Below are positions 1 to 7,799 of a stretch of 64,000 nt of DNA, one piece after another. The stretch lies in the NCBI GenBank assembly GCA_045660345.1, contig JAZRDP010000014.1:6615-70614 (forward strand), written 5' to 3'. The stretch is from Acutalibacteraceae bacterium. Lineage in GTDB: Bacteria > Bacillota > Clostridia > Oscillospirales > Acutalibacteraceae. Under the pieces are notes generated by a model. The model searched no databases and had not been told where the DNA came from. It saw only the letters and a program-made list of their open reading frames with translations. The translations under genes were made by a program, and so were the position numbers. Numbering within the stretch: position 1 is the stretch's first letter; every line of letters begins with the position of its first letter.

Positions 1-629
1 CGCTTAGCAAGAGCCAATTGTTCTTCGCTTTCAGGGAAATGAATAGCTCTTAAAGACTCTTCAAAGCCCATAAGTCTATATTTTTTCACAATATATTGGG
101 GAATTATCTCCTGAATATTCCCCTTAATTTCTCTCAACGCTGTTTCAACCAGTTTTTCAGTTGTCTTTGATGGCATTGCCGAAGTTGCTTTGTAAATCGG
201 TCTTATTCTTTGCTTTTCAAGTGATTTTTCAAATCTTGGTGAAAGCATAGTTTTATTATTGTACTTATCAAGTGTGATTTTACCGAAAAACAGATATTCT
301 TTATCTTCTTCAAGCTGATCCTTTACATATTTGTTATTAAAAAATGTTACAGGAATATAGTCGCTACCATCGGAAATTACGGTTTTCACGAGAATTCTTC
401 CGCCGTTAATTTTAACAACCTGAGGATTCTGGGCAACAACAGCTCTTACGCAGATGTTTTCATTAATATGTGCATCTCTTAAAGGCTTTGTGTTGTTCCA
501 ATCCTCATAGGCACGAGGATAGTTTCTTAAAAGGTCTCCAACACTGTAAATCCCCTGCTTTTCAAGGCTTTTTGCTCTCGCTTCGCCAACACCCTTTAAA
601 AATTGAACCCTTGTGTCAAAATTAACCAT
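1..629 (-). CDS. recG: ATP-dependent DNA helicase RecG, N-terminal part (gene continues past the window start)
   Basis: Open at the window edge, so absent from the ORF track. My reverse translation from ATG 629 reads MVNFDTRVQFLKGVGEARAKSLEKQGIYSVGDLLRNYPRAYEDW...LRAIHFPESEEQLALAK with no stop down to position 1. This is the RecG N-terminal/wedge pattern. Confidence 0.75.
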   Translation of the reverse strand, partial: MVNFDTRVQFLKGVGEARAKSLEKQGIYSVGDLLRNYPRAYEDWNNTKPLRDAHINENICVRAVVAQNPQVVKINGGRILVKTVISDGSDYIPVTFFNNKYVKDQLEEDKEYLFFGKITLDKYNNKTMLSPRFEKSLEKQRIRPIYKATSAMPSKTTEKLVETALREIKGNIQEIIPQYIVKKYRLMGFEESLRAIHFPESEEQLALAK

Positions 630-874
630 AAAATCACCACCTGCAAGACCATAATTATAGGTAGCCCTATCATAAACCTTTTATGCTTGGTTTTATGTCG
701 GATTTTGAGCATTGTCAGATATTCTGCCAGACCTCCGCCCAAAATTGCCAACAAAAACAAAAGCTTTTCAGGCACTCTATGCTTTGTCCACTTTTTTGCA
801 GCTTTTTTATCATAAAAAGTAACTATTGCAGTAATTACGGAAATACCCGCAAAGTAAACTAAAAAGTATTCCAT
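596..874 (-). CDS. DUF1294 family small membrane protein
   Basis: ORF 596..985 trimmed to ATG 874, which has an AGGTGA SD-like motif 7 nt upstream. RVPEKLLFLLAILGGGLAEYLTMLKIRHKTKHKRF resembles the DUF1294 signature. The 3' end overlaps the recG start by 34 nt. Confidence 0.6.
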   Translation of the reverse strand: MEYFLVYFAGISVITAIVTFYDKKAAKKWTKHRVPEKLLFLLAILGGGLAEYLTMLKIRHKTKHKRFMIGLPIIMVLQVVILWLILTQGFNF

Positions 875-935
875 TTCACTCTCACCTTTAGAACATTTGT
901 TCTTGATTATAGTATCATAGTTTTGTAGATATTTC

Positions 936-985
936 AAGATAAAAATGAGCACATTTAAAAGTTTCTGACTTTCAAATGTGCTCAT
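936..985 (-). terminator. Rho-independent terminator after fucU
   Basis: 12-bp perfect inverted repeat ATGAGCACATTT / AAATGTGCTCAT (945-956 / 974-985), followed on the minus strand by TTTTTATCTT. Confidence 0.75.
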
Positions 986-993
986 ACTTGATT

Positions 994-1419
994 TTATTCA
1001 GTAACAACGCCTTTTTTAAGGATAACATTTGCATAAAGTGCCATTTCACTTGTTGCAATAATTGCATAAGCTTCTTTTGCTCTGTCATAGAAAGCAAAAC
1101 GCTCAATCTGGCTCATTTCTGTTGCACCATTGTGCTTATCAACGATTTCCTGATATTCAGCCCAGATAGTAGGTGTTGGATCATTCTTGGTTGTCTGCAT
1201 AAGCATAACAGGGCTATCAACATATGTATCAAGAGGCATAAGCTTCAAAATCGCATCGAGAAGCTCGGGAACATTGTGACCATCGCAGCGGATGAGTCTC
1301 TGTGCATTTGATGCAGCGGGGAAATTACCATCACCGATAACGATTTCGTCACCGTGACCCATTTCATCAAGAATCTTAAGAAGCTCGGGTGAAATAATAT
1401 TCGGAATACCTTTTAACAT
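994..1419 (-). CDS. fucU: L-fucose mutarotase (RbsD/FucU family)
   Basis: 141 aa. MLKGIPNIISPELLKILDEMGHGDEIVIGDGNFPA...ERFAFYDRAK...NVILKKGV is collinear with E. coli FucU as I remember it. AAGGAG SD upstream. Confidence 0.8.
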   Translation of the reverse strand: MLKGIPNIISPELLKILDEMGHGDEIVIGDGNFPAASNAQRLIRCDGHNVPELLDAILKLMPLDTYVDSPVMLMQTTKNDPTPTIWAEYQEIVDKHNGATEMSQIERFAFYDRAKEAYAIIATSEMALYANVILKKGVVTE

Positions 1420-1432
1420 AGTTTTATCTCCT

Positions 1433-2398
1433 TTATTTGTTCTTTTGTCTTATATCAGTTCCGAAAAACTGAACAATTTCAAATGCATTAAGCCTTGATG
1501 CAGCTCTTTCGCCATATCTTGCTTCAAATTCTGTTCTATTGAGATTTGAAATCAGAATCATTGGCTTGCCCATAAGCACAACCTCATCAATAATCTCATT
1601 TATTGCTGCGTTTGCAAAGGGTGTTTCAAACTCTGCTCCAAGGTCATCAATGATTATTAAATCATTTCGGATTAACTCTTCTTCTAAATCAGAGTCAGAT
1701 TTACCAAAATGCTCATTCTGAAGCTGCTTTACAACCTTTCTTGCGGATTCATAATAAACACTATAACCATTCTGAACAAGTACATTAAAAATTGCAAGAG
1801 CAAGATGAGTTTTTCCTAAGCCTGTTCCGCCACTGAAAAATAAACTGGGATTTTCAGGGCGAAAATTTTCTGCATAGTTTTTGAGCATACCGAAAACGCC
1901 ACCCATAATTTCACGATGGGAAAAGCCTAATTCCATATCTTTGATATTACTGTAATTATTCAAATCAAAGCATTCAAAGGTTGAACGAGCAAGAATAGGA
2001 CTGCAGGAAAGACTCTCCACCGAAATTCTTTTAAGAATATCAAGATGACATTTGCAAAGCTTACCGTTATTTATACCTGAGTCCTTACAATCCTTACAGC
2101 TATAAGGTGTTTCAAGATAGTCTTCAGGATAACCTGCTCTTTTCAAAAGCTCTTTTTTCTTTGCTTGCGCTTCAAGGTTACTTTTTGCAAGCTGGGAAAT
2201 ATCAACTCTTTCTCCACCTGCACCAACGCTTCTTATTACAGAAAGCGCAGTTTCTCTCATAATTTTCTCTATATCTAAAAGCTCGGGGTATTTTGCGGCA
2301 ACCTCGTTACGACGCATTTCGCCAAGCCTTTCAGCGTTTACTCTGCGTTCCTTAAGCTCCGCTTCAGCTTTTGAATAAATTGCCTCGGAATATTTCAT
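1433..2398 (-). CDS. DnaI/DnaC-like AAA+ helicase loader
   Basis: 321 aa. Walker A GGTGLGKTHLALAI and Walker B IIIDDLG of the DnaC/DnaI/IstB family. The Cys cluster CKDCKDSG..CKCH resembles the DnaI zinc N-domain. The start overlaps the upstream stop (ATGA). Confidence 0.8.
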   Translation of the reverse strand: MKYSEAIYSKAEAELKERRVNAERLGEMRRNEVAAKYPELLDIEKIMRETALSVIRSVGAGGERVDISQLAKSNLEAQAKKKELLKRAGYPEDYLETPYSCKDCKDSGINNGKLCKCHLDILKRISVESLSCSPILARSTFECFDLNNYSNIKDMELGFSHREIMGGVFGMLKNYAENFRPENPSLFFSGGTGLGKTHLALAIFNVLVQNGYSVYYESARKVVKQLQNEHFGKSDSDLEEELIRNDLIIIDDLGAEFETPFANAAINEIIDEVVLMGKPMILISNLNRTEFEARYGERAASRLNAFEIVQFFGTDIRQKNK

Positions 2399-3381
2399 TC
2401 ATTTTCCTCCCCGTTTGCATATTTTTTAATCCAATCAAGAACACTATTTTTACCGATTTCTTCTGTATCGTAAGTCTTCTTAACAGTTTTGGGTAAGCTT
2501 TTCTTTTCTCTCGCAACTACTTGCTCGGGAGAAGAGATACCTGATTGAACGAATTTTTTAAGCATTTTATTAGTATCGTTCAGGCTTTTATTGTTATTTT
2601 CTAAAGCGTACCTTATAAGCTCATATGAGCATTCCCAATCGACTGCCCATGTGCGTAAAAATTTGGCTATTCGGGTTGTGGGAAAATCTCCTGCAAATTC
2701 TGCAGTTTCTTTAACTGCTATAAAGGCTGCCTGAATTTTATCAAGCGCTAAAAGCTCTTCTTCTACAAGCTCAAGGGTATCAATACCTCTTTTTGCCCAA
2801 TCCTCTGCTCTGTTTTTAATTGCTGAAGATGCTGTTTTACCTTCATTTTTCTGATGCTGCAAAAGTGTAATTATAACTTCAGGCGGAAAGCCGTAAAAGT
2901 CATAAATCATCAGAAGAAGTGCCTGGGTATCATAGCCAAATGTACCGAGAATATTCTGCGCCTCGTTATAAATGATTTCAAGCTCGGGTTCGGCAATAAG
3001 ACGCTCTGCAATTTCTCTTTGTGTAGGTTTTTTTACGGGTAATTTTTTAACTGTAACTGTTCTTTCTGCTTTTTTCTCTTCAGGTGCTGACACAGCCTTT
3101 GCATTTCCAACAGAATTTGCATAAGCCTCTTCAGTAACCTTTTCTTCAGTAACTTCAATTACTGAATTGCTTTCCCAGAATTCAAGACAATTAATTACAT
3201 CCTCTTCTGATAATCCCGTGCACATACTGATTTGCTTCGCATCTGCTGTTCCTTGGGGATTTCTCAGAATAAAAAGCAAAACCTTAAAACTTGCCGCAGA
3301 GGCAAGTTTTAAGTGTTTGTCTATAATTTCTGTAGGCACGGCAACCGCACCATTTAAGTAATCACATTTAATTTTAATCAT
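2395..3381 (-). CDS. DnaD-domain replication initiation protein (DnaB/DnaD-like)
   Basis: 328 aa. N-terminal wHTH-like region plus two DnaD/DnaB_2-type C-terminal repeats (YDFYGFPPEVIITLLQH; WECSYELIRYALENN). It sits directly upstream of the loader, as in Firmicute dnaB-dnaI. Confidence 0.7.
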   Translation of the reverse strand: MIKIKCDYLNGAVAVPTEIIDKHLKLASAASFKVLLFILRNPQGTADAKQISMCTGLSEEDVINCLEFWESNSVIEVTEEKVTEEAYANSVGNAKAVSAPEEKKAERTVTVKKLPVKKPTQREIAERLIAEPELEIIYNEAQNILGTFGYDTQALLLMIYDFYGFPPEVIITLLQHQKNEGKTASSAIKNRAEDWAKRGIDTLELVEEELLALDKIQAAFIAVKETAEFAGDFPTTRIAKFLRTWAVDWECSYELIRYALENNNKSLNDTNKMLKKFVQSGISSPEQVVAREKKSLPKTVKKTYDTEEIGKNSVLDWIKKYANGEENE

Positions 3382-5240
3382 TATTCGGGGAATTTCACAA
3401 TTACACCAACGGATTTACCATTGACATACTGAGCAATACCTTTCATATCTATATCTTTTGAAAGTGTTTTACCAGCTACAAGATAACCGCCATCTGAAGC
3501 AAGACAAATAGCATTCGCACTTTCATCTGCTGTTCCGCCAAAGGAACGAGCCCATGACAAATCGCCGTATTTATCAAAGCATGCAATAACTATATCATCG
3601 CCACCGCGGGTTGTAACACCCTTGAAATCACGAGTTGAAGAGTTACTTGAGCCTGCAGCGATAAATGAACCATCCTCTGCTTCTACAACACAAGTCAAAT
3701 CATCATTATTCTGACCTCTGAATACCCTTGCAAAGGTGAGAGTTAAATCAGATTCAAACTTAATTATATAAGAATCATAGCCACCTCTTGAAGCAAGATT
3801 TGAAACAAACATACTATCTGTTGAGCCTGCATCGGAGGAGTTTGATTTACCAACAACTGCAACACCGCCGTTTTTACAAGCAGTTATGCCCTTAAAGGAT
3901 TCAATACCGCTACCTGCAATAGGAGCAACATCAATATATTTACCTTCTCCTGAAAGCTTTACAATACCGCTATCAGAAGAGCCTAAGCATTTGAATAAAT
4001 TTCCTGAGTAGAAATTACCTACACAGAAGATATTTCCTTCATTGTCTTCTACAACACCGGTAAATGAGTCTTTATTTCCACCAAGGATGTTTTTCCAAGC
4101 AAGGCTACCATCTGCATTATATTTTACAACTGCTGCAGCTGATTCATAAGAGGGCTTACCAAAACCCTTTGCATCGCCGTCGTTATTACCAACAGAGCCT
4201 GCAACAACAATACCGCCGTCTTTAGTAAGAGTAGCACCATTAAAAATATCTACTGTACTTGTACCGAACACGCTATACCATAACTGTTCGCCTTTTCCAT
4301 CAAATTTGAATACTGCACCATCATAATAGCCTTTGCCTGTCTTACCACCAACATTTTTACCATAGCCGACAGCATAAAAATCGCCGTCTGCTGTGGCAAC
4401 AAGGTCAGATATTATAAAAGTACCCCTAAATCCGAGTGCCTTCTGCCAAACAATATCGCCATTCTTTGAATATTTGGTGAGAACTGTATAAGGAGTTGCA
4501 TATTTGAGCTCTTTATACTTTGCGAAATCGCCGTCAATTGAGTTTGTAACAATTGATGTTATATAGCTGCCGTCCTTCAATTTTTCAACACTTGAAAAAT
4601 AATCTGCAGCAGTACCACCCTGAGATGATTTCCAATCCATTTCAACAGGAGAAACAATTGCGGGAGTAGAAGTGATTTCAACTATAGTTGTAAAAAGATT
4701 ACCCTGATTATCTACGGCTGTATTACCCAAGCCGTCTGTAACAGGAACTGCTGTTGTTCCCACAACGACTGTTCCGTCACCCTTTATAGTAGGCTTAACA
4801 GTAACCTGCTCGGTAACATTACTACCATCTTTATCAGTAACCTTTTCGCCCTTATCATTTGTAACAGGTACATTTACAGTTACATCCTTATAAACGATAG
4901 TTGTCTGCACCTCGCCATTTACATTTGTATATTCATGAACTTCAGTTTCGGGAACAACTGTAATGGGATTGCCGTTCTCATCTGTGTAAGGAACACCATT
5001 TTCATCTGTTACAACAACAGTAGCAAGAGTAGTTGAATTGTTATCTTTGTTTTTATCGCTGTTTTTAAGAACAACAGCGGCTACAACCGCAACTACAAGT
5101 ATTGCAATAATTATAGGAATAATAAGTAATGCTTTCTTATTACTCTTCTTGACAGCCGGTGCTTCTTTTTTAGGCACAACGGGAGGAGGAGCGGGACGCT
5201 TGCCTTCGTTTAATTCATTGATTTCTTTTTTATCAGACAT
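3381..5240 (-). CDS. Membrane-anchored extracytoplasmic repeat protein (beta-propeller-like), function unknown
   Basis: 619 aa. K/P-rich N-terminus, one TM helix (LLIIPIIIAILVVAVVAAVVL), a T/V/D/G-rich linker, then repeats of the type DGDFYAVGY, DGGIVVAGS, EGNIFCVGN, NGGVAVVGK, DGSFIAAGS, DGGYLVAGK. GGAGG SD. The stop overlaps the downstream start (TAATG). Confidence 0.7.
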   Translation of the reverse strand: MSDKKEINELNEGKRPAPPPVVPKKEAPAVKKSNKKALLIIPIIIAILVVAVVAAVVLKNSDKNKDNNSTTLATVVVTDENGVPYTDENGNPITVVPETEVHEYTNVNGEVQTTIVYKDVTVNVPVTNDKGEKVTDKDGSNVTEQVTVKPTIKGDGTVVVGTTAVPVTDGLGNTAVDNQGNLFTTIVEITSTPAIVSPVEMDWKSSQGGTAADYFSSVEKLKDGSYITSIVTNSIDGDFAKYKELKYATPYTVLTKYSKNGDIVWQKALGFRGTFIISDLVATADGDFYAVGYGKNVGGKTGKGYYDGAVFKFDGKGEQLWYSVFGTSTVDIFNGATLTKDGGIVVAGSVGNNDGDAKGFGKPSYESAAAVVKYNADGSLAWKNILGGNKDSFTGVVEDNEGNIFCVGNFYSGNLFKCLGSSDSGIVKLSGEGKYIDVAPIAGSGIESFKGITACKNGGVAVVGKSNSSDAGSTDSMFVSNLASRGGYDSYIIKFESDLTLTFARVFRGQNNDDLTCVVEAEDGSFIAAGSSNSSTRDFKGVTTRGGDDIVIACFDKYGDLSWARSFGGTADESANAICLASDGGYLVAGKTLSKDIDMKGIAQYVNGKSVGVIVKFPE

Positions 5241-5450
5241 ATTATGTAAACCTCCGAGGAATCTGTATTCAGATGTTGATAAATTATAACACTAGAGCAT
5301 AAATACTCATTTTGAGTACATTTTATCACAAAGCCACTTAATTTTCAATGAAAAATACTGCATTTTAAAATATTCGTTACATATTACATAAAAACACCCC
5401 TTATTTATTATGTAATATCAATAATCTTTACATTTTACTCAAAAAAATCG

Positions 5451-5479
5451 TTGTAAACGCGAAAATTATGTGCTAAAAT
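5451..5479 (+). promoter_or_regulatory. Sigma-A-type promoter for the EF-G paralog
   Basis: TTGTAA (5451-5456), 17-nt spacer, TAAAAT (5474-5479), with TGc giving an extended -10. Confidence 0.55.
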
Positions 5480-5542
5480 ACCAAATATAAGTTGCCGAAG
5501 TGTTATTTTATATCTTGGTAACGCTATTTTAAAATTTCATTC

Positions 5543-5564
5543 GCGGAAATTTTCCGCTGTTTTT
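5543..5564 (+). promoter_or_regulatory. Terminator-like hairpin in the EF-G paralog leader (possible attenuator)
   Basis: GCGGAAATTTTCCGC palindrome (5543-5557), followed by TGTTTTT and then immediately the AGGGAGG SD (5565-5571). Confidence 0.35.
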
Positions 5565-5578
5565 AGGGAGGAATTCAC

Positions 5579-7621
5579 TTGAAAACTTATGCCAAAGAAA
5601 ATATCAGAAATGTGACCATTGCCGGTCATGGTGCAAGAGGTAAAACAACTCTTGCAGAAGCAATGCTTTACATAGCAGGCGCTTCAGACAGACTCGGCAG
5701 AGTCGCAGACGGCAATACCGTTCTTGACTTTGATGCTGAAGAAAAGAAGAGAAAGGTTTCTATTTCTTCTGCTATGGCTTGCATCGAATGGCGCGACAGA
5801 AAGGTTAATATTATTGACACTCCCGGTCTTTTCGACTTTGAAGGCGCAAGAAGCGAAGGTATCCGCGCTGCTGAAACTGCAATTATCGTTCTTTCCTGCG
5901 GTCATAATGTAGACGTTGGTGCAGAAAAGACCTTGCGTATTGCAGGCAGAAAGGGTCTTTCTAAATTTATTGCTGTTTCTAAATGCGACGGTGAAAACCG
6001 CGATTTCTATAAAACTCTCGGCGATTTAAAGGAAAAATACGGCACTGCTATTTGCCCTGTTGTAGTTCCCTATATGGTTAATGGCGTTGTTGATTGCTAT
6101 GTAAACTTCCTTCAGAACAAAGCATTCAAATATGACGGTGTTAAAGCTACTGAAGTTGCAATTCCCCAGGATCCTCATATTGAAGAAATTTATAACGCTT
6201 TCGTTGAAGCTGTTGCTACTGCCGACGAGGAACTTATGATGAAATTCTTCGAGGGTGAAGAATTCACTCACGATGAAAAGGTTGCAGGTCTTTCTCAGGG
6301 TGTTGCAGACGGTACTGTTATTCCCGTATACGCTTGCTCAGGCTTTACAGGTGAAGCGGTTGACCTTCTTCTTAATGGTATTACTAAGCTCGCTCCTGCT
6401 CCCAAGGGTGAAGGCGATATCGCTTGCGACGAAAATGGTCCTCTTGCTGCAATCTGCTTCAAAACAGTTGCTGACCCCTTCGTTGGCAAAATGTCCTTCT
6501 TCAAGGTTGTTTCAGGTAAAATCACTTCTGCTACAAAGGCATACAATGCTCGTACCGAAGAAGAAGAGAAAATGGGTAAAATCGTTTTCGTTAAAGGTGC
6601 TAAGCAGGAGGATGCTGCTGAAATCGTTGCAGGTGATATCGGTGTTGTTACAAAGCTTTCAGGCTTTAAAACAGGCGATGTTCTTTGCGATGCTAAGAAT
6701 CCTGTTGAGCTTGCTCCCGTTGACTTCCCTGCTCCCTGCTACTCAATGGCAGTAAATGTTGTTAAAAAGGGTGAGGAAGATAAGGTTGCTTCCGGTCTTC
6801 ATAAATTAACTGAAGAAGACGGCTCAATGAACTTCTACACAAATAAAGAAACAAAGGAACAGATTGTTTCAGGTCTTGGCGAACAGCATCTCGAAAGCAT
6901 TGTTTCCAAGCTCAAAAATAAATACGGTGTTGAGGTTACTCTTACTGCTCCTCGCGTTGCATACAGAGAAACAATCCGTAAAACTGTTGATAAACAGGGT
7001 CGTCATAAAAAGCAGTCCGGTGGCCATGGTCAGTTTGGTGATGTTTGGATTCGTTTTGAACCCTATATGGGCGAAGAAGAATTCGTATTCAACTCAGACG
7101 AGGTTGTTGGTGGCGCAGTTCCCAAGAACTTCTTCCCCGCAGTTGAAAAGGGCTTACGCGAATGTGTAGCATCCGGTCTTATTGCAGGTTACCCAATGGT
7201 TGGTATCAAGGCTTGTCTCCATGACGGTTCTTACCATCCTGTTGACTCTTCCGAAATGGCATTTAAGATGGCTGCAAGAATAGCCTTCAAGGCTGCTGTT
7301 CCCGAAGCTGCTCCCACAATTCTTGAGCCTATCGGAACTCTTAAAGCTTACATTCCTGATAAGGATTTGGGAGACATTATGGGCGATGTCAACAAACGCC
7401 GCGGTAGAGTATTAGGCATGGGACCTGCTGAAGAAACAGGTACTCAGGAGCTTGTTGCTGAAGTTCCTATGGCTGAAATGAGCGACTTCGCTATCACTCT
7501 CCGTTCTGTAACAGCAGGCAGAGGCTCATTCACTCTTGAATTTGCTCGTTACGAAGATGCTCCCAACAATATCGCAGAAAAAGTTATTGCAGAAGCAAAG
7601 CTTGCTGATGATGATGAATAA
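5579..7621 (+). CDS. EF-G-like translational GTPase (EF-G2-type paralog, not in a str operon context)
   Basis: 680 aa with a TTG start 7 nt after AGGGAGG. G1 is GHGARGKTTLAEA rather than the canonical AHIDAGKTT. DTPGLFDF is present, SKCD sits at the NKXD position, and the EF-G domains II-V are collinear. Confidence 0.8.
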   Translation: MKTYAKENIRNVTIAGHGARGKTTLAEAMLYIAGASDRLGRVADGNTVLDFDAEEKKRKVSISSAMACIEWRDRKVNIIDTPGLFDFEGARSEGIRAAETAIIVLSCGHNVDVGAEKTLRIAGRKGLSKFIAVSKCDGENRDFYKTLGDLKEKYGTAICPVVVPYMVNGVVDCYVNFLQNKAFKYDGVKATEVAIPQDPHIEEIYNAFVEAVATADEELMMKFFEGEEFTHDEKVAGLSQGVADGTVIPVYACSGFTGEAVDLLLNGITKLAPAPKGEGDIACDENGPLAAICFKTVADPFVGKMSFFKVVSGKITSATKAYNARTEEEEKMGKIVFVKGAKQEDAAEIVAGDIGVVTKLSGFKTGDVLCDAKNPVELAPVDFPAPCYSMAVNVVKKGEEDKVASGLHKLTEEDGSMNFYTNKETKEQIVSGLGEQHLESIVSKLKNKYGVEVTLTAPRVAYRETIRKTVDKQGRHKKQSGGHGQFGDVWIRFEPYMGEEEFVFNSDEVVGGAVPKNFFPAVEKGLRECVASGLIAGYPMVGIKACLHDGSYHPVDSSEMAFKMAARIAFKAAVPEAAPTILEPIGTLKAYIPDKDLGDIMGDVNKRRGRVLGMGPAEETGTQELVAEVPMAEMSDFAITLRSVTAGRGSFTLEFARYEDAPNNIAEKVIAEAKLADDDE

Positions 7622-7628
7622 AGAAACC

Positions 7629-7656
7629 AAAAGCCTCCTTTATGGGAGGCTTTTTA
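7629..7656 (+). terminator. Rho-independent terminator after the EF-G paralog
   Basis: AAGCCTCC...GGAGGCTT hairpin followed by TTTTT. Confidence 0.8.
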
Positions 7657-7770
7657 AATTGCAAATGGAAAATGGAGAAGGAAAGGTAATGGGAAGCTTC
7701 GCTTCCAAACATTCTATAATGCAGATCGCAGGTCCAAAAACTTTCAACTTACTCAATTATCAATTTAGAA

Positions 7771-7799
7771 AAGGATTGGCTTTCGCCAATCCTTTTTCT
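7771..7799. terminator. Hairpin directly downstream of the MFS gene stop
   Basis: AAGGATTGGC TTTC GCCAATCCTT (7771-7794). The T-run is better on the + strand (TTTTTCTTT); the minus-strand tail is weak. Confidence 0.5.

Noticed and set aside
5381-5418. 11-bp inverted repeat ATATTACATAA / TTATGTAATAT in the divergent promoter region.
   Set aside because: It is entirely A/T-rich within an AT-rich spacer, so a chance occurrence is plausible. There is no second copy elsewhere in the window.
6255-6755. 166-aa alternative-frame ORF inside the EF-G paralog. Similar shadow ORFs occur at 36902..37501 and 41724..42245, along with many 60-100-aa ORFs in the track.
   Set aside because: All lie entirely within strongly supported genes, on the opposite strand or in another frame. 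They have L/S/R-rich composition and no SD. They are typical frame shadows.
7656-7770. Possible sRNA between the two terminators downstream of the EF-G paralog. It has a TATAAT at about 7713 and a GGGAAGC/GCTTCC hairpin.
   Set aside because: No acceptable -35 element is present, the T-tract orientation is ambiguous, and there is no distinctive structure. It is most simply the spacer between convergent genes.
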